DNA of 64,000 nucleotides, from positions 32,001 through 96,000 of the IMG/VR virus record IMGVR_UViG_3300037851_000452, one strand, 5' to 3'. Position 1 is the first letter of the stretch; each line of letters opens with the position of its first letter. Source of the stretch: a virus. Under the pieces are notes generated by a model. That model ran no database searches. It had not been told where the DNA came from and worked only from the letters and a program-made list of their open reading frames with translations. Both the position numbers and the translations under genes were made by a program. Positions 9,678 to 20,400 of this stretch are shown piece after piece.

Positions 9678-11285
9678 TTACACCCGCACTCCGTACAAAG
9701 TTGATTGCAAATACTTGAAAGTTGTGGCCGTCAAGTTGTCACGCACAGTAACTTTTACCTTGTCCGAAGTTCCAGCCCTTAAACGCATAGAACCTCCTAA
9801 TGAGTAAGAGGCGGTAATAAGGTCATTGGTTCCAGAGAACTCCGTAAACACATTTATGCCGGCGGTAGAGGCGAACTCCAAAAAGTTCTCGTTGATTTTT
9901 ATGGTAGAGATTGTGGCCGTGTCTCCACCATTCACTATCAGCTCTACTAGGATTCCGTTAACCAGAGCGGAGTCTTGGCCGAACTTAGTGCCGTCAAACA
10001 CGATAGAACTTGAGCAAAAAACAAACCTCAACTCGTTTAGCGCAATGTCTATGTCCGCGTCTGCAGCAACTTCAAACACAACGGGGGTAACAGAGCCGTT
10101 GACTAATAGACTAGAGGAAGACCCGTTCAAAAGCTTCTGAGTGTATATGAGCGAAGGGTTAACGGGAGTCTCCGTTCCCAGAGACACTGTGATCGGTACC
10201 GAACTCCCCGCTATTGTCACAGACATTGGGTCAGTAGAAAGAGAACTTCCGACCTCAACCGCGTTTAGGTTCTGAAGATAGACGTCGTCCAAATAAAGAG
10301 ACGTCTGAGAACCCACAGAGCCCGTATTCTCTATACAGCTAGCCACAACTAAGGGCTGGTACGGGCCTGGCAAATGTCGCCGGTGTACGGCTACGATCTC
10401 GCCGTTTATAGATAACGAAGCGGTCTTACCCGAAAAATCCAGCTCGTATAGATGATAGGAACTAGTCCTACCGGCAGAAGGTATGGTCACCTCAGTGATT
10501 TCAGTATCGTTTGCGGAGGAACTAGAGGAGGTTACCAGTTTAACCTTACGATCGTCCGTGCCGTCGAAATACAGAGCCACCCTAGACTGGGCGTTGTCGG
10601 GATCGTCAGTTAACCCGATCCTCGCATTCTGGTTGGCTATTCTTTGCGAGATTTTTGCGTACACAGACAATATCAAAGGACAGAAATCGGCGTCTCTCTG
10701 AACGTAGGTCTTATTGCTGCTAGAAGTTCCACTAGCAATCACCAACTCACTGCTAGACACAGAGATAGAGCCAGTTCCCGTAGTAGTCTTCCAGCGGGTC
10801 CCTGAAGATGAACCGCTGGTAGTAGACCCGCCATAGGGTTCTGACAAAGTCAAAGACGTGTCCGACTCTATAGATTCTACTGGGGCGTAGTAAGATTCTG
10901 ACGCGGAATCTGGCTTTATGTAGTGGCCTGGGATTAGCTCTTCTGTAAACTTAGTTCCAGACCCAGTGACTGTAGAGCTGTTGTTAGTGAAACTTAGTGT
11001 TCCAGTTAAAGAAGTAGTCAGGCTAGAGCCCGTAAAATCCTCTCTAAAGGAACCCTCATCTGTAAGTACCTGAGACCTGGTCCTTAAATGGTTTTCTATG
11101 TCCAGAGTTACGTTGGTAGTCTCCCCTGTAGGTCGGTCTGAGTCTTCAGGGGCATACCCCGTGTACAGGTCTCCGGACACTGGTTGGGGGGTGGTCCCGG
11201 TGGTATCGGTCCTAACCGGATTAGACTCTACGCCCTTTTCCTGGCCGTCTGTTCCAAACAATATGGCAGCCGGAGAATTGCTCAT
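9678..11285 (-). CDS. Tail fibre/appendage-like protein
   Basis: TGTLSFTNNSSTVTGSGTKFT motif typical of fibre N-terminal modules; S/T-rich. Confidence 0.6.
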   Translation of the reverse strand: MSNSPAAILFGTDGQEKGVESNPVRTDTTGTTPQPVSGDLYTGYAPEDSDRPTGETTNVTLDIENHLRTRSQVLTDEGSFREDFTGSSLTTSLTGTLSFTNNSSTVTGSGTKFTEELIPGHYIKPDSASESYYAPVESIESDTSLTLSEPYGGSTTSGSSSGTRWKTTTGTGSISVSSSELVIASGTSSSNKTYVQRDADFCPLILSVYAKISQRIANQNARIGLTDDPDNAQSRVALYFDGTDDRKVKLVTSSSSSANDTEITEVTIPSAGRTSSYHLYELDFSGKTASLSINGEIVAVHRRHLPGPYQPLVVASCIENTGSVGSQTSLYLDDVYLQNLNAVEVGSSLSTDPMSVTIAGSSVPITVSLGTETPVNPSLIYTQKLLNGSSSSLLVNGSVTPVVFEVAADADIDIALNELRFVFCSSSIVFDGTKFGQDSALVNGILVELIVNGGDTATISTIKINENFLEFASTAGINVFTEFSGTNDLITASYSLGGSMRLRAGTSDKVKVTVRDNLTATTFKYLQSTLYGVRV

Positions 11286-12007
11286 GCTATGGTCCTTGTA
11301 CGATAGGTCTCAAAAACCCCAGAGTACGAGATAGAGTCTGTCACTGTAGTTTTGACCGTTGTTCCGTCGCTCTCGTACATCTTCCACACTTCTGAGGTAG
11401 GAAGCTTGTTCGAGTTCCTGGTGATCGACAACTCTACTATCTTCTTCAACTTGGAAGAAGACTCCCACCAAATGACTGAAGAAGGAAACGGGTCTGCGGC
11501 AGGAAGGGTTTCTTTATAAGCCCCAGACGCAAAACCACCAGCAGGGCCATCGTCTATAAAGTGGATTAGGTGGCGTAAAGTCTCATGTCCCGAAGATAGC
11601 CCGTAGTCCAAATCTTCCAGCACCGATTGTAGATTAGAGCTGGAAGAAAACACCATATTCGACGAGTCTACTCCAACGCTAAGCGCCCCAGCCCGATACT
11701 TAAAATCAGCAGTTCCCCCGGTAGCATCTACGATAGACTCTTTGACCGTGAACTGCGTATCGGAAACGACCGAGTCCACCGTATACGTACCCGCGGCGAC
11801 GTTAGACTCTATGTCTACTACGTCGTCCGGACGGACCTGAAAATCGTCGTATTCCAACCCGCCAGATACCGTAACGGTCTTGGTGGCAGAGACTACGCTG
11901 ACTACTGTAACAGAGGACTTGTAGATGTCGTTGCCGTCGCTTAACAGCTCCTCGGCATCCACAAAATCGACATCAGAGACGTCTGACCGGGAGATAGTTC
12001 CAGGCAC
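11282..12007 (-). CDS. Putative virion protein
   Basis: 241 aa ORF in the operon. Confidence 0.55.
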   Translation of the reverse strand: MPGTISRSDVSDVDFVDAEELLSDGNDIYKSSVTVVSVVSATKTVTVSGGLEYDDFQVRPDDVVDIESNVAAGTYTVDSVVSDTQFTVKESIVDATGGTADFKYRAGALSVGVDSSNMVFSSSSNLQSVLEDLDYGLSSGHETLRHLIHFIDDGPAGGFASGAYKETLPAADPFPSSVIWWESSSKLKKIVELSITRNSNKLPTSEVWKMYESDGTTVKTTVTDSISYSGVFETYRTRTIA

Positions 12008-12010
12008 GAA

Positions 12011-12370
12011 TCACTCCTTGACAGACCCATCGCCCGATTTCTCGTTCAACCGCTCTTGCTCTTCTAAAGCGGCTTTCTCGCTCTGAGTAATGAAACCGTT
12101 GAGCACATTGTAGACCATCGACATAACTAGCGAGAAGGCGGCGGCGTGCCCGTCCTCAAACGATGCCTGCTCTCGAGCCTTTTGAGCGGCGTTGCTATGC
12201 CTAATCCTTTCTCTCTCAGCCTCGTTGAGAATGGATATGAGGGTGGCCTGAAAGAGGTTTGAGTCCTCCTTCCAGTGACCAGCCCTGACTGCTTCTGTAA
12301 GTCTGCCCCTAAGACGAAGAACGTGTTCCGAATGGTCCATTCTTCTGTTTTTGCGCCAGATAGTTGGCAA
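12011..12370 (-). CDS. Hypothetical helical protein
   Basis: ORF in the operon; start uncertain. Confidence 0.5.
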   Translation of the reverse strand: MPTIWRKNRRMDHSEHVLRLRGRLTEAVRAGHWKEDSNLFQATLISILNEAERERIRHSNAAQKAREQASFEDGHAAAFSLVMSMVYNVLNGFITQSEKAALEEQERLNEKSGDGSVKE

Positions 12371-12542
12371 TTACAAGACACGGCTCACAGAAGATTCCAT
12401 ACGACTTGGACGTCCCGGTTACTGAGAAAAACCGCGTAGGCTTGCCTTGATAAATGGCGTCCTCTGGAACGGGATGCCCCGACTGGCAGATTCTGTCAGT
12501 CGGGGCATCTACCTGAGAAATGGTCATACCTACGTCAAGCAT
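12309..12542 (-). CDS. Small Cys/His (Zn-binding?) protein
   Basis: CQSGH...CEPC. Confidence 0.45.
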   Translation of the reverse strand: MLDVGMTISQVDAPTDRICQSGHPVPEDAIYQGKPTRFFSVTGTSKSYGIFCEPCLVIANYLAQKQKNGPFGTRSSS

Positions 12543-14035
12543 CAGGTCTTCACGAAGTAGCTGATGTGATCGCCTGCCCTAATCTTGGTGTAGGGCGTGA
12601 TAGAGGTCGTTGACGTTTCGTCGTAATCGTTACCACCAGTAACGGGCCCTGGGTCACGAAGCAGGCCTCGCCAAAACACCCAAAGGTTGCGGCCGTTGTT
12701 GGTGGCGTCGATTGTGTACGACAGACTGCCAGGCAGCGTATGCTCCGTGCCTGCGTTGATGTCTGAAGATAACCGCTCGATAGTCCGCACAAAGCTGGTG
12801 ATGCCGGCAATGGCCGTAGCCAGCTCTTGAAGGCTCTCCGTTACCGTATCGCCGCTTCCCAAAATGGCCCCAATGTAGGTCCTGTTGCCAATCTGCGCGT
12901 TGATAGTGTTGAGAGCCTCGACGATGGACGGAGTAACGTCTGGCAGGTCGCTGAAGACGAAGTAGTTGCCCGTATTCGTCAACAGGCCAGCCAGGCTGGT
13001 TGCGCCATCCGTAAAGGCCGCGTCGATGGTGGTGCGGATATCCTTGATGTCCTGAGCAAGGTCCGCATCAGACTGGATACCAGAAGCAAGAACAACCCGA
13101 AGGTCGTTCTCACTCATCTGGTCCATGCGAACGCGGAACCCGTAGAACATGTCAACCGTGGTAGGTTGGCCGGACTCCCAGGTATAGGCTACCGACGTCG
13201 AGAGAGCTGCGCCCTTCGCGACCGCCCTGAACTCCACTTCCACGCTGTTAGGGCTAGTGCTTGTAGAACCTGCTCTCGTACGGCCGTAAATGCGCTTGCC
13301 AGCATCACCACCTGAGAGAACCTCCAAAGCCGACTCGGTGGCCGGGTCAATGATCTCAACGTACGTAGCAACGTGGTCCCCAGCATCGGAACCGTCGAAG
13401 ATCGGCACTCCCGTACGGTCAGTTGCGTCCGCGTGCTTGAGGTTTCCGGTGTCCGTGATGAGCTGGAACGTCGTAGAGGTGGTTACTGACTGCGCCGACT
13501 GCTTACGGTTAACAACCAAAGCCTTGGCGTCCAAGCTCTTCCCGGCCAAGTTGCTCAGATTTGCCGGAACCGAGGTGCCGACAGCCGTGGGCCGCTGATA
13601 GGTAGGAACCGCAGCGTAGTAGTTGACGCCCTTGATAGCGGCGCGGTCGGTTCGAGCAAAGTTGATGTCGTCTTGGAGAGAGTAGGGCTCCCTCTCCACC
13701 CAAGCTATCGTCGGATTTCCGGAGTCAGCGCCTGTGTGTACCGAGCTATCTATCGTAACACTGGTTGCGCTGATGTACGAGTCGATGAGGTAGGTTCCCG
13801 GGTGGTCGCCATTCGACACGGTCAGGAAACGACCAACAGAGGCGGTCGACATCCCCGTAAGGCCTGTGACCGTTACGACGCCGCCGCTTTCGTTGATGCT
13901 GGCAGCCGAGCCCGATTGACCCGATACCGCCGCGCCGAGAGATGAGTTCTCGTCGGCCAGGGTCATGGACGCTGATTTGACCAGTGACCCAGCAATGTCT
14001 AGGGCCTGATCCAGGGCGTTGAACCTTCGGCTCAT
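12542..14035 (-). CDS. Virion structural protein
   Basis: 497 aa; GC-rich codons like 3124..5193; similar C-terminal motif (GNDYDE...RAGDHISY). Confidence 0.65.
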   Translation of the reverse strand: MSRRFNALDQALDIAGSLVKSASMTLADENSSLGAAVSGQSGSAASINESGGVVTVTGLTGMSTASVGRFLTVSNGDHPGTYLIDSYISATSVTIDSSVHTGADSGNPTIAWVEREPYSLQDDINFARTDRAAIKGVNYYAAVPTYQRPTAVGTSVPANLSNLAGKSLDAKALVVNRKQSAQSVTTSTTFQLITDTGNLKHADATDRTGVPIFDGSDAGDHVATYVEIIDPATESALEVLSGGDAGKRIYGRTRAGSTSTSPNSVEVEFRAVAKGAALSTSVAYTWESGQPTTVDMFYGFRVRMDQMSENDLRVVLASGIQSDADLAQDIKDIRTTIDAAFTDGATSLAGLLTNTGNYFVFSDLPDVTPSIVEALNTINAQIGNRTYIGAILGSGDTVTESLQELATAIAGITSFVRTIERLSSDINAGTEHTLPGSLSYTIDATNNGRNLWVFWRGLLRDPGPVTGGNDYDETSTTSITPYTKIRAGDHISYFVKT

Positions 14036-14044
14036 GCAAACCTC

Positions 14045-14371
14045 CTAGGCCGCGTAGTAACTCCCAGTTATTGAGGAGTCTACGTTTGGCGTTAGAGAGA
14101 CGAAGCAGACTTGGTTGTACCCGAAACCCGGAGCGCTTTCCGCTACAAAGTAGTCTCCGTCTTTAGGAGAACGAGTTGGGGAAAACATAAGTCTCCGTCC
14201 GTTGTGGTACACCTCTATGCTAAGCCGTCCCGGATCGTGAAAGAATATTTCCGGAGTTGTGAACACCCTAGGGTCCGCTGTAGGCGATAGAACTACGTCT
14301 GAGCGAAAATACTCCTTCCGTAAAAAAAGGCTGTTAGCCCTATATATAGATAGAGGGTTAAGGAGCTCCAT
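14045..14371 (-). CDS. Small virion protein related to the repeat domain of 5215..5955
   Basis: VFTTPE...VYHNGRRL...DYFVAES..GFGY. Confidence 0.55.
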   Translation of the reverse strand: MELLNPLSIYRANSLFLRKEYFRSDVVLSPTADPRVFTTPEIFFHDPGRLSIEVYHNGRRLMFSPTRSPKDGDYFVAESAPGFGYNQVCFVSLTPNVDSSITGSYYAA

Positions 14372-14598
14372 TACGCTCTCACAATAAAGTCATCCACTTC
14401 CGCTTGAACCAGCTTAGAAATAGCCTCTAGGTTCTTAGTTCCAGCCTCTGACGCTCCACGTCCTTGAAGCACAGAACGAAGAAAACGAACCTCGTTCTCC
14501 AATCGTTCTGATTCTTTTTTAGCCCACTCGTCTACAGCCCTCTTCAACGCGTCTAGGTTAGCGTCTCGAGTTTCCTTTGAAGGGACCCCAGTGCTCAT
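14371..14598 (-). CDS. Hypothetical protein
   Basis: 75 aa, translationally coupled. Confidence 0.5.
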   Translation of the reverse strand: MSTGVPSKETRDANLDALKRAVDEWAKKESERLENEVRFLRSVLQGRGASEAGTKNLEAISKLVQAEVDDFIVRA

Positions 14599-15359
14599 TC
14601 TTCCAAGTACTCCTCTAGCTTCTTAGTTATAGAATTCTTAATTCTCGTAACTTTAGATGGGCTGAACCCAAACTTCTTAGCAATCTCTCCAGGCCTCATC
14701 TGGGGTTTACCGTAGTAGCCACCCAGATGGTCAAACACGTTTAGCTCGTCCGGAGTCAGAGTATACCGAACCATCTTTAAGGCATCGGATTCCTTTGACG
14801 GAGATACCGCTGTTGGGTCAAAACTAGAATCCATCCAAGAAAGTCCGCGCTTCTCAGACTCCATTCTTCCAACTTCAGCCTCAGACCACCCAAGCTTCTC
14901 TGACATCTCTAAGGTAGTTGGGTCTCTCCCAAGCTGGTCTTTAAGGGTGGCGTAGGCGTTGTCCCACATACCCGTCTTATAGTACCGGTTCTCCTGAACT
15001 CTAATAGGATCTTGGTATTTGGATATCCAACGCTGAGCCTTTCCCTTGCTCAAGTTGGTGGTTACCCAAGAGCCAAGCTTAGCCCCTTTGTTAGGGTCGT
15101 ATGTCTGCAAGGCTACCACGAACTGCTTTTGGAAAGCGGCGTGCACCGCTTGAGGAGGCATGTCAGCTCGACTAGCCCAGAAGTTTGCGTTCTTTCGTAT
15201 AAGAGGCCTAAAGCTCTGCATCAAAGGCTTTAGGTCCTCAGGATTCTGACCGTTATCTTTCCACTTCTTCCAAAGGTCCAGCTCCCTAAGCTGGGTCTCT
15301 TGAAGATCTGTCGGCCCAGCCATGGCCTCCTTCAAAGAAGTATTTTCGTCGTCGAACAA
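14595..15359 (-). CDS. Phage sigma-70-family RNA polymerase sigma factor
   Basis: Region 2 (ALQTYDPNKGAKLGSWV), region 3 (LGRDPTTLEMSEKLGW), region 4 HTH (EIAKKFGFSPSKVTRIK). Confidence 0.85.
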   Translation of the reverse strand: MFDDENTSLKEAMAGPTDLQETQLRELDLWKKWKDNGQNPEDLKPLMQSFRPLIRKNANFWASRADMPPQAVHAAFQKQFVVALQTYDPNKGAKLGSWVTTNLSKGKAQRWISKYQDPIRVQENRYYKTGMWDNAYATLKDQLGRDPTTLEMSEKLGWSEAEVGRMESEKRGLSWMDSSFDPTAVSPSKESDALKMVRYTLTPDELNVFDHLGGYYGKPQMRPGEIAKKFGFSPSKVTRIKNSITKKLEEYLEE

Positions 15360-15377
15360 GGCTAAATCCTCGGGTCA

Positions 15378-16082
15378 TTACGAGTTCAATATCCGGTCAA
15401 CGACTGAAGTAGACTCCCCCGCATAGGGGTGATCTTTCTCGCTCCCCTTTCTACGAAATCCCCTGCTCGTAGTAAACTTGTCTCCTAAGTATTCTTTCAG
15501 ATCAGACCGGATTTCTTCAGCCTCCTCCCTAGGCATATATGGGTACCCGTCTACCCTAGGATGGGACTCCTCCCCCAACCGCATGTCCTCTTCGTTGACT
15601 TCTAGCCTACCGCAGGGACAAACGTCGGAACGGTCCGGTCTGCCAGTCGTAGGGGTGTTCATATTAGAAACACCCTTATCGTAGTCGTAGTTGCTACGAA
15701 GAGTCCTAGACTCGTTTTCCATGCGCAAGTACGCAACCAAAGGGTCTGTGGAATATTCTTCTGAAGAAGCCAGTTTTGGCATGATGTTTCTTCCTCCGGT
15801 GTTTGGCACTATCTCAGAAACGTCAGGGCCAGGAGCCTGAAGCCTCTTCTTTGAAGGATTAGGACCGACCTCAGCAGAATTCTGAGAAGAAGACAGCAGC
15901 TTCTTTGAAAGTCCCAGACTGTCCTGGGTAGGAAACTTGGTACCGCCTAAAACAGGAAGTCGAAGGTCTTGTCCGGGAACGCTTCCGTGCTTGGCCAAAA
16001 AAGTAGAAACACGGTAGGGACGAATGCCCTTTCGTAACTTCCTAGCCAATAAGACCAGAGACTTGGCAGTCTTTTCGGACAT
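15378..16082 (-). CDS. Hypothetical protein
   Basis: 234 aa ORF in the operon. Confidence 0.55.
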   Translation of the reverse strand: MSEKTAKSLVLLARKLRKGIRPYRVSTFLAKHGSVPGQDLRLPVLGGTKFPTQDSLGLSKKLLSSSQNSAEVGPNPSKKRLQAPGPDVSEIVPNTGGRNIMPKLASSEEYSTDPLVAYLRMENESRTLRSNYDYDKGVSNMNTPTTGRPDRSDVCPCGRLEVNEEDMRLGEESHPRVDGYPYMPREEAEEIRSDLKEYLGDKFTTSRGFRRKGSEKDHPYAGESTSVVDRILNS

Positions 16083-16089
16083 GTGGACC

Positions 16090-16485
16090 TCAAATCTCTG
16101 TTAGTCTTTCTACTTCTTTCGGACTAGAGGATATCGACGGGGCAACCGGCCCCAAGCTCCTTAATTCCTTCTCAGCTCGAACCCTGTCTCTGGCATCTTC
16201 CAAATTCTTTCTAGAGATAGATAGTCGAGCTGCAGGAAGAAGACCCCCGGTCACCGCCCCAGTGGCCATTCCCGTAGGAACATACCTCTTAAAAGGTACA
16301 CCCGTAGGAAGCCATTTGCCCGTAGATGCCTTGTTAGCTGCCATGCCTATCAAGGGCGTGGCTAAGGCCCCCAAAGCTCCAAACTGGGCAATCTCTTTGG
16401 CCTGTTCCGATGGAGATAGCTCGACCCTCTCAGCTATCTTCTCGAGTTCGTCCAAGAAGGAAGGGACCCAAGAGTCCAAAGTCAT
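16090..16485 (-). CDS. FxDELxKIA-motif protein with Gly-rich hydrophobic helices
   Basis: N-terminal SFLDELEKIA. Confidence 0.6.
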   Translation of the reverse strand: MTLDSWVPSFLDELEKIAERVELSPSEQAKEIAQFGALGALATPLIGMAANKASTGKWLPTGVPFKRYVPTGMATGAVTGGLLPAARLSISRKNLEDARDRVRAEKELRSLGPVAPSISSSPKEVERLTEI

Positions 16486-16586
16486 TTCTTCTTCCCGTCC
16501 CTAAGTCTCATCTTCTTGTCTTCAGTAAGAATCCTGTCGTTGCGCTTCTTGATCTCTTCCTTACGCTTCTCTTGACGTTCGCTCAT
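16482..16586 (-). CDS. 34-aa highly charged peptide
   Basis: MSERQEKRKEEIKKRNDRILTEDKKMRLRDGKKK; fills the gap, ATGA overlap downstream; below the track cutoff. Confidence 0.45.
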   Translation of the reverse strand: MSERQEKRKEEIKKRNDRILTEDKKMRLRDGKKK

Positions 16587-16587
16587 G

Positions 16588-16800
16588 TCAACCACCCCTC
16601 GTAATTACCTCCGGCGGAGGCTCTTCAAGTGCAATCGGGTTATAGTGAGCGTACGGGGTCTCGTCCTGCGTAAGAAGGTTGCTGTACGGACCTTGACCGT
16701 CAGACATACCTTCCAGGTGTTTTTCCCGAACGCGCTGCTCCTCGTCTAAAATGGAGCTCAGCTCATCAAAGAAAGCCGCCGTTTGGTCAGAGAAAGCCAC
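16588..16800 (-). CDS. FxDEL-motif small protein
   Basis: AFFDELSSI. Confidence 0.55.
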   Translation of the reverse strand: MAFSDQTAAFFDELSSILDEEQRVREKHLEGMSDGQGPYSNLLTQDETPYAHYNPIALEEPPPEVITRGG

Positions 16801-16801
16801 G

Positions 16802-17227
16802 TCACACTCCTACCAAACCAGTCTTAGAAGATCGAATGTGCTTACACTCGTATCCCGGACTGAGACTACCCCTGAATCTCCAATCCGGACAAGTACACGC
16901 CAGACCTAGAGACGTTTTTCTAACTTCGTAGGATTTACCAGGAGAGGTCATACTCCGTACTTTGGTCAAGGTTTGGCCTTTAGCTAGAGCATGCATTCCC
17001 AATACATGACGAATGAGCTTTTCGTCCGAATTGGGGTGGCGTGATATAGCGTCTACGAAATTGGGATTGCTGGATCGTTGAACCAGTTTGTCCCATTTCT
17101 CGGGTCCGGCCTTTTCAGAGAACTGGTACTCTACGTTTCTCCATACACGGGAGCTGACGTCGCTGGGTTTCTCGGCAGCGATCTTTGTTAGTTCGTCAAA
17201 GAATGCGTGTAGAAATGCAGGTCTCAC
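16802..17227 (-). CDS. FxDELxKIA-motif protein with SWIM zinc finger
   Basis: AFFDELTKIA; CTCPDW...CKHI. Confidence 0.7.
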   Translation of the reverse strand: MRPAFLHAFFDELTKIAAEKPSDVSSRVWRNVEYQFSEKAGPEKWDKLVQRSSNPNFVDAISRHPNSDEKLIRHVLGMHALAKGQTLTKVRSMTSPGKSYEVRKTSLGLACTCPDWRFRGSLSPGYECKHIRSSKTGLVGV

Positions 17228-17448
17228 TGCTGCCCTTGGCCTTCGTACTGCTTTCTAACTTGACGGCCAAGCGCGTAATCTTTAGCCGCCTGCTCTACCT
17301 GCTTTCCCGCTACGTAACCGCCGCCCAAAATAGCAGGCCACTTCATCTTCTTTACTAAGGCAGCAGCCCTTTCGGCACCAACGCCTGAGGCCTCTTTGCA
17401 TAGCTCGATTGTAAGAATCTCGTCCATGAACGCCCGCATAGAAACCAT
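17224..17448 (-). CDS. FxDE-motif small protein
   Basis: AFMDEILTIELCKEA. Confidence 0.55.
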   Translation of the reverse strand: MVSMRAFMDEILTIELCKEASGVGAERAAALVKKMKWPAILGGGYVAGKQVEQAAKDYALGRQVRKQYEGQGQQ

Positions 17449-17457
17449 AGGACACCC

Positions 17458-20400
17458 CTAACCAGAAAGACCACGACTGATTGACAGCTCTGCCACGTAC
17501 GCCCTGACTCGCTTCCGAGCCTTACCCCGAGGGTCCATCTCTGGAGAGATAGAAAAGCCATCCTTCCCAGGGTTCAATATGGCTTTACGCTTCAAAGACG
17601 CTACCTCCGAAGGAGTAAGGCCGGGAAACAATGCTTTCAAAGCGTCTTTACCCGCCTGTAGTTCCAACCCTTCTCTATTGGGAAGGCGGACATCCGCATT
17701 GTAGTCCCCGAAAGCTCGACTATGGAAGCCTTCCTTGGCCCCCTTGTTTGGAAGTCCCTTATCGTCGAATTCCAAATCCGCGCTACCGAGTACCTGTACT
17801 AGCGTAGCCACAGGACGTTCGGTGTACTCTCTAATAAACTCGTGCATGTTCTGTCCCTTGTTCTTCACAATGGAGTACATAAACGTAATAGAATCTACTG
17901 CCTCTTCTACAGATCCAGGAACCACCCCCACAGAGTCCTTAGACGCTACTCTAGTAGAAGCTAGCTTCTTCCCTTTCTCCGACTCAAGACCCGATATCAC
18001 CTCTTCCGACAGGGCCTTGGCCTGGTCAGACTCTGGGAACATGATTGCGTCCGTTATGGCGCTAGTTCCCAAAAGAGGCTTGTATACTTCTGCAGTGATG
18101 TTCTTGTTCTTCCAAACGTCAGAGTACCATCCAGGCATAAGAGCGTCTTCAATAGACGTGTCGTACGTTACCCGTTCTCCGTACTTAACGGGAGACTGAA
18201 ATTTGAACTCAATACTTGTTGGAAGCATAGCCACGTCGTTTTGCACCAGCCCAGCCACAACCAAAGCGTTCCACGTGGTTTCCGATATTCCGTTGGAGTA
18301 GATTTCTGAATGGCTAAGCTTAGTCTTTTCCTCAGCCTCAGAAGAGCCTACCAGCTTAAATCCGTTGAACGGAGGTATGCCCTTAACAATACCACCCGTG
18401 GTTAAAGCCCCGGACAGATAGTCCAGGGTCAGGTCTAGCTCGTTTTCCGTTGAGACTGGCTTGGTGATTCCAGGAACCGTAACTATCCTAACATCAGAAA
18501 CAGTAGATACAGACCTATTAGTAAGACGCTGAACGTCTACCTTATACGAGATGTATCCGTCCTTAACGCTTTTGGGCTCTCTAAGAAGCATGCCCAAAAA
18601 CTCATCGTCTATTCCTCGTTGTGTTCTACAATAGGCGAGACTGGCAGAAGTAGAGGCCCCGCCCTGGGTTATAGAATGAGAGATGCTGACTATCTTTCCT
18701 AAAAATTGAGAAGGCCTCCACCTAACCCCTAGAACTTTCTCTACGGAAGTAACCACCGCAGCTGCAGGCATAGACGTGTTAATAACCAACGCAGGCAACC
18801 CTAGAACTAGGTGGGGGTTGAATACACATGACACGTTCATTGAACGAGCCGCCCACCGATGCAGGTAAAAGTTAAAGTTAGCCAGCCTCTGCAGATAACC
18901 AACACGGCCTGTTCCCGACTCAGAACCTCCATCCTTAAGGGCTTTGGCGGCCCAACGGTGTCCGTCTGTAACCCACTCAAACTTGGGTATGATTCCGCTA
19001 TGCAGCTCGTGTGGTAACAGGGTCTTAGAACCCTTAGCCATGCTAGCACCAAAGAGATTACCCTTAACGTCTTTGATGGAGGGAGAATAGTATGACGTGT
19101 TAAAATGCTCAGACCCCCTACCAGAACCGACTATCCATCCGGGACCTGCGGTGAGGCAGAGCCTAGACACCTCTCTCATCAAGTTCCTGCTATAAGATAG
19201 CTGGAAGTATTGGTCTGGGAAAATGACGTTGCATCTGGGAGGAGATACCCAAAATGATTCTGGAAGAAGAAGTTGGGTATACATCCTAGAGGGAGAAGAC
19301 GGAGATGTTATCTTCTTGTTAAGAGACGCTCTAGACTTGAATCCGATGACACCGTCTTTTAACAACGTAACCGCCGACGAGATGTTGGTCTGTATGGATA
19401 CGACCACCGACTCTTGGGTCTCTTTAACCACCTGACTCTGACCCACGCTTTGAGCAAACCCTTCTTGGGAAGCTAGGGCATAAGCGTCGTCTACAAAAAG
19501 AGTTGCTTCTTTAAGAGTACGCATGACCTTGTTCTTGTCAGATGACTTAGACTTGGATGTGTTCTCCTGGATTTTGACTAGAGCAGAAGAGGACTCAGAA
19601 AGCTTCATAGTAGCAACGGCCAACTCGTCTCTGGAGTTGGTGTTGACAAAAGAGTTGTACGACGCCGTCAACTGCTCAACCACAGCCTTGCAAGAGTTCT
19701 TAACAGCAACCCCTATTTGATCGTCGAAGAAACCAGGGCTCCAGGTCTCTTTAATACCAGGACCTTTAGACTCTACGTAGTACGGGCACGTATTGGGGTA
19801 GATGTTGTGGAATATCATCTGGCAAATGTGGTTGATGATGTCTCTAAAAGACAGCATCGTACCCATAGACATCATTCCGTTTCGCAGCCAGCTTATAAAG
19901 GCCCGGCTGGCATACAACTTTGCAGAGGTGTCGTCTTTCTCCACAGCCCCCAGCATACCCATCAAGTTGTATCGAAGCTCCGCTATGGTAAAAAAGTCGT
20001 TGACCCCGTTGAACCCCGGGTTGGCGCCGTCCAGGTAACGTATCCCAGAAATAGCCTCCAGGACGTGGATGATTCCTCCTAACAGCCCTTTGGTATTTCT
20101 GTAGTCCGCAGATCGCGGCTTAGTGGTAATGACCTCACCAATTACCCACTGATGTCCCCCTGACACAGAATCGAACGTACCTTCTCCCGCGGCAACAAAG
20201 TTTTTCCTCTTGTCGCTAAACATGTTTCCGTCTGGAGAGTAGTCCGTAAACCACTGGTAGGCCGTGTCCCAATAAGACGACAGGTCCATACACTGAAGAA
20301 CGAGCTGTCTGGTTCCAGGGTCCTTGCCGTAGTTTATCCCTATGACTTCTCCACAGAAAAGCAGACGATATTTCTCGTCAGCAGCGTCAAACCGGTTGCT

